NCBI GenBank assembly: GCA_963723125.1
Contig: CAVRPQ010000005.1
Location: 174,717 to 238,716, forward strand
Direction of reading: 5' to 3'
DNA from: an uncultured bacterium
GTDB lineage: Bacteria; Verrucomicrobiota; Verrucomicrobiia; Limisphaerales; UBA11358
DNA length: 64,000 nucleotides
Position 1 is the first letter of the stretch. Every line of letters starts with the position of its first letter. A program made the translations under genes and the position numbers. Shown here one piece after another: positions 9,435-15,783 of this stretch. The notes beneath the pieces are model-generated. The model searched no databases. It saw only the letters and a program-made list of their open reading frames with translations, and was not told the origin of the DNA.

Positions 9435-10892
9435 TTATTCTCCATGGGTGACGAGAAAATTCTTGAACTGCCATGGGTCGGCCAAATCCAGGTCCGGCTG
9501 GCGGTAAGCACCGAACGCATTGGTGCGATGCGTCAACGGCGTCCAGTCTGACGGCTTGGAAATCCACTTGCCGAGATACGGCCTGGAAATTTTTAAAACG
9601 TAATCGTGCGGCAAATCGTCCGGCACCAGCACGCCGCAGGCCGGATTTTCAATCATCCACATCGCGGCGGCGATGACGGAAATCGCCACCTGCATCGTCG
9701 TGGCGTTCTGGTGCGGCACAAGCCGGCGCGATTCCTCGATGCTCAAATCGCTGCCGATCCACCATGAATTGTAGGCGTGGCCCATGAGCAACGCGCCGAG
9801 AATGTCCGCGCCGCCGGTGATTTCGTCGTTCAGGATGCGCGCCTTGGGCTGCAATTGATAATCGTAACCGCGCAATTCGTTCAGCGACGCGATGGCCACG
9901 TCCGCCGGACAGTAAGCATAGTGGACCGTCGGGCGATAAACCGCCTTGCCGTTTTCCCAGACCGTCAGCCGGTCGGAAATCGTGAAGGCCTCGCCGTGGC
10001 GCACGACCATGCCGTGGATGCAATAATCGGGCACCCACGAGCGCACCCAGGTGTTGATGCCCATGCGGGCGAGGCAAATCTGGTTGCGCGGGCCGTCGGT
10101 ATGCTCATGCGCCAGCGCCGGCAATTCCTTCTCGTGCGTGCCCCAGCCCATCTCGGCCGTCGTCGTGCCTTCCTCGCGGAACCCTTCAACGCTCCACGTG
10201 TTGGCGAATTCGTCCACTGCCTTCGGCTGGTCGGTGATTTGCGTGTCGCGCTCGCTGCAATGAATCACCTTCACGCCGAGTTTCATGGCGAGCCGGTTGA
10301 ATTTTCCATCAGCGATAAGCTGCTGAATTTCTTCCGCCGTGCTTCCGGTGGCTTTCTTGTCCTTGATGGCGCGCTTGCCGATGTCAATCAAGCCCTGCTT
10401 GGTAAAATGCGAAATGAGCCCCGGATTTGCGCCATGCTCCAGCACCGCCGTCGGGCCGGGTTTTGACCATTGGGCAATCATGCGGCGGATGTTCAGGTGC
10501 CGCCAATAAAGTGTCATCTTCTGCGGCGGCGCGCCCTTGGAATTCTCGTACGGGTCCCACAACTCGACCGAGGTGTTGATGTAAAGCACGCCACGCTCAT
10601 GACACCACTGGAGGATTTCGCAACAGTCAATGTTCCACGCGAGGTCAATCAACAGGTCGCCGGCGAAAAGATACCGGCCCAGCAGCGCGTCCATATTTTC
10701 GCGCGTCACACGTTTACGGGCGAACTTCACACCGCGCTTGAGCCACGGCGACAACACGCCGCGCCGGTCCTCGAAATCCATGACGGTAACGTTTTGGGCG
10801 GGCGCCTTGAGGTGTTTGAACAGGATCGGCAGCGCACATTGTGCCACGGCACCGTAGCCAACGAACAGGATTTTATTTTTGAATTCCAGCAT
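9435..10892 (-). CDS. hss: Homospermidine synthase
   Basis: GYGAV Rossmann fold, HGANPG, HCSERDTQ, NTWSVEG, WGTHE, HGEA, YRPTVHYAY, NATTMQV and DPWQF motifs. Confidence 0.88.
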   Translation of the reverse strand: MLEFKNKILFVGYGAVAQCALPILFKHLKAPAQNVTVMDFEDRRGVLSPWLKRGVKFARKRVTRENMDALLGRYLFAGDLLIDLAWNIDCCEILQWCHERGVLYINTSVELWDPYENSKGAPPQKMTLYWRHLNIRRMIAQWSKPGPTAVLEHGANPGLISHFTKQGLIDIGKRAIKDKKATGSTAEEIQQLIADGKFNRLAMKLGVKVIHCSERDTQITDQPKAVDEFANTWSVEGFREEGTTTAEMGWGTHEKELPALAHEHTDGPRNQICLARMGINTWVRSWVPDYCIHGMVVRHGEAFTISDRLTVWENGKAVYRPTVHYAYCPADVAIASLNELRGYDYQLQPKARILNDEITGGADILGALLMGHAYNSWWIGSDLSIEESRRLVPHQNATTMQVAISVIAAAMWMIENPACGVLVPDDLPHDYVLKISRPYLGKWISKPSDWTPLTHRTNAFGAYRQPDLDLADPWQFKNFLVTHGE

Positions 10893-10983
10893 GGCAGAAC
10901 ATTTTTGGCGCGGCACTTTGTCCGAAAATTTTTTTTCTTACAAGCGTTTATTGAAAAATTGGCAGGGACGATCCCTTTCGGCC

Positions 10984-11985
10984 TCACCACCCCAGCACGT
11001 ACGCGAAAATCAGCGGCGCGACGATGGTGGCGTCGGATTCGATGATGAACCGGGGCGTATCCACGCCGAGTTTGCCCCAGGTGATTTTCTCGTTCGGCAC
11101 CGCGCCGCTGTAACTGCCGTAGCTGGTTGTCGAGTCGCTGATCTGGCAGAAATAGCCCCAGAGCGGCACGTCGGTGCGTTGCAAATCCTGATGCAACATG
11201 GGCACGACACAAATTGGGAAATCGCCCGCGATGCCGCCGCCGATCTGGAACATGCCGAGCGGATTTTTTTTTGCCGTGCGCGTATAAAAATCCGCCAGCC
11301 AAGTCATGTATTCGATGCCGGTGCGGATCGTGTGAACATCTTTCAAGCTGCCACGAATGAGCGCGGCGGCGTACATGTTGCCGAGGGTCGAGTCTTCCCA
11401 GCCGGGTACAACGATGGGCAGGTCCTTCTCAGCGGCGGCGAGCATCCACGAATCTTTCGGCTCAATCTGGTAATGTTTCCGGTATTTGCCGCTGCGGAGA
11501 ACCTGGTAGAAAAATTCGTGCGGGAAGAACCGTTTGCCCGCCTGCTCAGCGGCGACCCAGACTTCGAGCATGGCTTCCTCCATGCGGCGCATGGCTTTGT
11601 CTTCGGGAATACAGGTGTCGGTCACGCGATTGAGATGGCGGTCAAGCAAATCCGCTTCCTGCGCGGGCGTCAGATGCCGGTAATGCGGCACGCGCTCGTA
11701 AAAATCATGCGCCACCAGGTTGAACACGTCCTCCTCCAGATTCGCACCGGTGCAGGTGATGAGATGCACCTTGTCGCGGCGAATCATCTCGGCCAGGGAC
11801 AATCCGATTTCGGCGGTGCTCATGGCGCCTGCGAGGCAAACCATCATGCGGCCGTTGGCGTCCAGATGGGCGCGGTAGGCCCGCGCGGCGTCCACGAGCG
11901 TCGCGGCATTGAAATGCCGGAAGTGTTCTTGAATGAAATCGGAAACGGGCCCGCCGGAGGATTTGGGCTGTGCTTTCTTATTCAT
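10984..11985 (-). CDS. Deoxyhypusine synthase-like protein
   Basis: AGAMSTAE, TGANLEED, GWEDSTLGN, GGGIAGDF and GSYSGAVPNEKITWGK (catalytic Lys retained), ending in SDATIVAPL. Confidence 0.88.
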   Translation of the reverse strand: MNKKAQPKSSGGPVSDFIQEHFRHFNAATLVDAARAYRAHLDANGRMMVCLAGAMSTAEIGLSLAEMIRRDKVHLITCTGANLEEDVFNLVAHDFYERVPHYRHLTPAQEADLLDRHLNRVTDTCIPEDKAMRRMEEAMLEVWVAAEQAGKRFFPHEFFYQVLRSGKYRKHYQIEPKDSWMLAAAEKDLPIVVPGWEDSTLGNMYAAALIRGSLKDVHTIRTGIEYMTWLADFYTRTAKKNPLGMFQIGGGIAGDFPICVVPMLHQDLQRTDVPLWGYFCQISDSTTSYGSYSGAVPNEKITWGKLGVDTPRFIIESDATIVAPLIFAYVLGW

Positions 11986-12124
11986 AGGTTGAATCTGAAA
12001 AATTCCGCGTTGCCCCACGATACAAAGGTTTGCACGATTGCCAATCCCCAAATTCAAAATTGGTCACGGCGCAAAATTTCCCGCCGGGCGCAGATTTGCG
12101 TCGAAATCTGAAACGGTAATGGAG

Positions 12125-13183
12125 TTACTGCAGCACCACCAAATCCGGCCGGGCGAGCGACAGCCCGCCCTGAATATCATCATGAAATTTGGCACCGATG
12201 ATGACATTGTTGGTGCAGGTGGTGTCATTGACCCGGAAGGCGGCGCCTCCACAATTGCTGGCAACGAGGTTGGTGAAGGCGTTATGCACGCATTCAGTCC
12301 GGGGCACCGGCACCCAACCCCGCACGGTCTGCCTCTCGGCGTGGGCCATGAAGACCCCATAGTGGCGGCTGTCCTGGATGGAAATATTATAAAATTTATT
12401 GCCACGGCTCGCCCGCATAAAGATGCCCAAGTCGTTTGCAACCAGAAGCGCGTTGCTGATGGTGTTGTTATTGAAGGCCAGATCGAGCGAGATGCCGGCG
12501 CCAGGATTGTCGTGGAGATCAAGCTCCGTGAACAGGGAGTCCTCCGTATGATAACAGGCCAGGCCGTCGAATTCGTTGTCAAAAGCCGTCAAATCCCGCA
12601 CGGTCAGCCGCCGCACGCCTCGCGTGGTGACCAGACCACCCGAGCGGCAACGGGCGCAGGTCACATGTTCCACGACCGAATCGGTCACGTTTTGCACGGT
12701 GATACCGTTATTACGGATTTGCGAACCTTCACCAAACAGTCGCCAGAGTTCGCGTTGCTGGTGTGAGCGGTTCCCATCAATGAAAAGGTTGTTGACGCAC
12801 AAATATCGGATGGTGTGCTGTGGATTATTGACCGGTTCTCCCATGATGATTACCGGGCAATTGGCGCCATCCGCCAACCGAAGGATGGTTTCCTTCCCGG
12901 CACCGCGCAGGGTCTGGTGATCCCGGCGCAACACAATGGGTTGATAAATCGTAAAAACTCCCGCCGGTAATACCACTTCACCGCCACTTTCAGGCAGAAG
13001 ATCCAGTGCTCGTTGGATTTGCATGCCCGTCGCCCCACCGGCCAAATGGATGACCATCGGTTGGGCCGCCTGCACAGATAATTGGGAGACAGCAAGATAG
13101 GTTAGCGACAAGAGCAACAGCTCAATGAACGTCGTGCTTGTCACAGCCGCCCGGGTTCTGACTTTGTTTAGGCTCATCTTCAT
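12125..13183 (-). CDS. Right-handed parallel beta-helix repeat protein, probably secreted
   Basis: Hydrophobic signal region, IQRALD...GGEVVLPAG pectate-lyase-3-like start and repeated N-x-G-I beta-helix rungs. Start codon uncertain. Confidence 0.7.
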   Translation of the reverse strand: MKMSLNKVRTRAAVTSTTFIELLLLSLTYLAVSQLSVQAAQPMVIHLAGGATGMQIQRALDLLPESGGEVVLPAGVFTIYQPIVLRRDHQTLRGAGKETILRLADGANCPVIIMGEPVNNPQHTIRYLCVNNLFIDGNRSHQQRELWRLFGEGSQIRNNGITVQNVTDSVVEHVTCARCRSGGLVTTRGVRRLTVRDLTAFDNEFDGLACYHTEDSLFTELDLHDNPGAGISLDLAFNNNTISNALLVANDLGIFMRASRGNKFYNISIQDSRHYGVFMAHAERQTVRGWVPVPRTECVHNAFTNLVASNCGGAAFRVNDTTCTNNVIIGAKFHDDIQGGLSLARPDLVVLQ

Positions 13184-13421
13184 AAGAGCGAGACCGTTGT
13201 GAGCAATCGCTGTTCCTAGTTTAGGGTCGTTCAAGTGGGGTGAATTTGCACCCAATGACCATCACTTTTTTAAAAATTTTTCATTTGAACTAATCCGTAA
13301 TGTGGGCGATAATAATGGTTGGAAGGGCAACCAACCCGCTTTCAAACATCGCTTCTCCCGCGACTGGATGTCGTTTCAAGATTTCCCGAACTTGGCGGAG
13401 TGATTATGCTCCGCGCACCTT

Positions 13422-14591
13422 ATGGTGAACTTGCAATCGGCAAACACTGCAACTCCCGCCGACCTGGGTTACCGGATGCCCGCAGAATGGGAACCCCATG
13501 AAGCCACCTGGCTCGCTTGGCCGCACAATGCCAGTGACTGGCATGGCAAATTCGCGGCCATTCCCTGGGTCTATGGCGAATTGGTGCGAAAAATTTCCGC
13601 CGCCGAAATTGTCCGCATTCTTGTCCGCCACAAAGCCGAGGAAAATGCCGCGCGCCAGATTCTCGCGCGGGTCGGCTGCAATTTGAAGAAAATCCGGTTT
13701 GTTGTGCACCCGACGAATCGGAGCTGGACGCGCGATAGCGGCCCGATTTTTGTGAAAAAAGGTAGGGCGGGCAGTCCTCTGCCCGCCGACGGACGGCGCG
13801 CACGGAGTGACGCGCCCTACCCGAAATCGGAAACCGCCATCGTTCATTTCCATTTCAACGGCTGGGCCAGGTACGACAATTGGCGCCAGGACACAAAAGT
13901 TCCCGAAACCGCCGCGCGCGTTTTGCGAAAACCGTTGTTTCACGCGAAATGCCAGGCAGCTGACTCAATCCGCAATCCGCAATCCGCAATCCGCAATTTC
14001 ACGATTGAGGGCGGCGGCATCGAGTTGAACGGGCGTGGGACGCTGCTCTCGACGAAGCAATGTTACCTCGATCCCAGAGTCCAGGTCCGCAACCCCGGCC
14101 TCGGCAAAAAGGAAATCGAAGCAACGCTGAAAAATTATCTTGGCGTCCGGAACGTCTTTTGGCTGGCTAAAGGCCCGGTCGGCGACGACACACATGGACA
14201 CATTGACGACATCTGCCGCTTCGTTAATCCCAGGACACTCGCGCTCGTGCGCGAAAAAAATTCAAAAGACGTGAATTACCGCCCGCTCGCCGAAAACTGG
14301 GAGCGCATCCGTGAGTTACGGCTCGAAGATGGCACGAAACCCGAATTGGTGCCGCTGCCCATGCCCACACCGCTTTATTTTAACGGCCGGCGTTTACCCG
14401 CCAGCTATGCGAATTTCTACATCTGCAACGCCGCTGTCATCGTGCCGACGTTTAACGATCCCAACGACCGTGTCGCGCTGGGCATTCTTGGTGAGTTGTT
14501 CAAAGACCGGCCGGTCGTGGGCATTCACGCGGTGGACTTGGTTCTCGGTCGCGGCACGTTACATTGTTTGACGCAGCAGCAGCCGTTATAG
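13422..14591 (+). CDS. aguA: Agmatine deiminase / peptidylarginine deiminase family protein
   Basis: MPAEWEPH, WTRDSGP, FNGW, EGGGI, DDTHGHIDD, ASYANF and LHCLTQQQP motifs. Contains two in-frame repeat insertions. Confidence 0.88.
   Translation: MVNLQSANTATPADLGYRMPAEWEPHEATWLAWPHNASDWHGKFAAIPWVYGELVRKISAAEIVRILVRHKAEENAARQILARVGCNLKKIRFVVHPTNRSWTRDSGPIFVKKGRAGSPLPADGRRARSDAPYPKSETAIVHFHFNGWARYDNWRQDTKVPETAARVLRKPLFHAKCQAADSIRNPQSAIRNFTIEGGGIELNGRGTLLSTKQCYLDPRVQVRNPGLGKKEIEATLKNYLGVRNVFWLAKGPVGDDTHGHIDDICRFVNPRTLALVREKNSKDVNYRPLAENWERIRELRLEDGTKPELVPLPMPTPLYFNGRRLPASYANFYICNAAVIVPTFNDPNDRVALGILGELFKDRPVVGIHAVDLVLGRGTLHCLTQQQPL
13761..13821. repeat. GTAG-type REP doublet (REPIN-like) inside the aguA coding sequence
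   Basis: Terminal inverted repeat GGTAGGGCG / CGCCCTACC with two internal hairpins (GGCGGGCAG-tcct-CTGCCCGCC and GGCGCG...CGCGCC). Translated as GRAGSPLPADGRRARSDAPY. Confidence 0.8.
13966..13997 (+). repeat. Tandem heptamer array (CAATCCG)x4 in frame in aguA
   Basis: Seen directly. Encodes SIRNPQSAIRN. Confidence 0.9.
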
Positions 14592-14595
14592 TTGT

Positions 14596-14747
14596 GGTAG
14601 CACCCGCGTCCCGCGGGTGAAATTCGGCGTCCCGCCGAATTTTTGCCGGGCGCTCTGCTGCCAACAAACGCTTGGCATTCCAACCCTGCGCGCCTCGATG
14701 GTTTCCGGCGCGACGCCGGAAACAACCGGCCAGAGGCCTGTGCTACC
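14596..14747. repeat. Intergenic REP-doublet/MITE-like palindromic element
   Basis: GGTAGCAC ... GTGCTACC termini. Internal hairpins CACCCGCG/CGCGGGTG, AATTCGGCG/CGCCGAATT and GTTTCCGGCG/CGCCGGAAAC. Confidence 0.75.
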
Positions 14748-14759
14748 CACAGCTCCCAA

Positions 14760-14831
14760 ATCTTGTTTGACGTGGAGAATGGTGTTATCGTGATCCGCAG
14801 AATCGGCAATCGAAAAGATGTATATGACTAA
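14760..14831 (+). pseudogene. C-terminal remnant of a RelE/StbE-type toxin
   Basis: ILFDVENGVIVIRRIGNRKDVYD* matches the RelE C-terminus pattern (IGHRKDVY). The N-terminal portion is missing and the palindromic element occupies its place. Confidence 0.7.
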
Positions 14832-15009
14832 AACCGCGCAACAAACCGTTGTTCGCTCCATCTCCCGCAAGCGTGAGCAAATCGCCACGCTGCGCGAAGA
14901 ATTGGAAGACTTGAACGACTATCTCGATTTGGTCGAAGCCCGCGTGCGCGACGCCGGCAAACCGCGTCTTACCCACGCCGAAGTCAAAAAACGCTACGGC
15001 TTGAAATAA
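14824..15009 (+). CDS. Small putative antitoxin (61 aa)
   Basis: Overlaps the toxin remnant's 3' end. Has an acidic helix LREELEDLNDYLDL and ends RLTHAEVKKRYGL, a pattern typical of RelE-partner antitoxins. Confidence 0.6.
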   Translation: MTKTAQQTVVRSISRKREQIATLREELEDLNDYLDLVEARVRDAGKPRLTHAEVKKRYGLK

Positions 15010-15016
15010 CTTTGCT

Positions 15017-15067
15017 GGCTTCGGTTCGCTGCACTGCCTTACGCAGCAACAGCCGGCGGAGGGTTGA
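15017..15067 (+). pseudogene. Orphan duplicate of the aguA 3' end
   Basis: Encodes GFGSLHCLTQQQPAEG*, versus GRGTLHCLTQQQPL* at 14547-14591 (11/13 aa, 27/39 nt identical). Confidence 0.85.
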
Positions 15068-15140
15068 ACAACCAAGCAACGCGGAAACATAGGCATTTGA
15101 CCTTCGTCGCTTCGTTTCCGGGTCGCTCAAGAGAAATGGT

Positions 15141-15749
15141 TCAATTCACCGGCGCGGCCTTGACGGTCCCGGCAAAATCCGGTTCCGCTGCGTATTTTTT
15201 CAGATCCACAAAACCCTGCGGGCCAAACAGCTCATGCTGAATAATGCCGTTGCGATCAATGAACATCGTTACCGGAATTGCATCCACGTCCTGATACGGT
15301 GACGGCACATTTTGCAGGATGGTGAGCGGATAATTGATGCCTTGCCGCTGCGCGAAAGCCTTCTGCGACGCCATGTCTTCCGTGCTGATGCCGATGATCA
15401 TAACGTTTGTAGGCGAGGTGACGCTGCGCAATTTGATGAAATCCGGAATCTCGTCCAGACACGGCGGACACCACGTTGCCCAAAAATTCAATACGACCCG
15501 TTTGCCTTTCAAATCAGCCAGATGAATGGCCTGGCCATCGAGATTGGTCACGGAAAAATCTGGTGCGCGGACGCCTTGCCACGCCAAGAGGGCTTTTTGC
15601 TCGGGATCAAGCGGCGTTGGGGAAAAATAATAAAACGCCTCGACCGCAAGCAGCGCCAACACAACGGCCAGCAGGCTCAGGATCCAACGAAGCTTTCGCA
15701 CCAATCCCGATGGTGAATTGACGGCAGGAGCTTTGGTTTCGTCGGCCAT
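15141..15749 (-). CDS. TlpA/ResA-family membrane-anchored thiol-disulfide oxidoreductase
   Basis: N-terminal TM segment, APDF, NFWATWCPPC and IPVTMFID motifs. Confidence 0.88.
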   Translation of the reverse strand: MADETKAPAVNSPSGLVRKLRWILSLLAVVLALLAVEAFYYFSPTPLDPEQKALLAWQGVRAPDFSVTNLDGQAIHLADLKGKRVVLNFWATWCPPCLDEIPDFIKLRSVTSPTNVMIIGISTEDMASQKAFAQRQGINYPLTILQNVPSPYQDVDAIPVTMFIDRNGIIQHELFGPQGFVDLKKYAAEPDFAGTVKAAPVN

Positions 15750-15783
15750 GACATTCGATTCGACACCGACAGCATCTGCCCAT

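Noticed and set aside
10879-12111. Long antisense ORFs (this 410-aa one, also 5853-7100, 39049-40218, 59936-61111 and similar)
   Set aside because: They are shadows of well-supported genes on the opposite strand in GC-rich DNA and have no motifs of their own.
12064-12120. Possible third orphan gene tail (ITVSDFDANLRPAGNFAP*)
   Set aside because: No matching gene end found in this window, so it cannot be supported.
14592-15067. TA modules as integron cassettes
   Set aside because: No integron integrase in the window, and I could not identify attC core sites. The flanks are gene-terminus duplicates instead.
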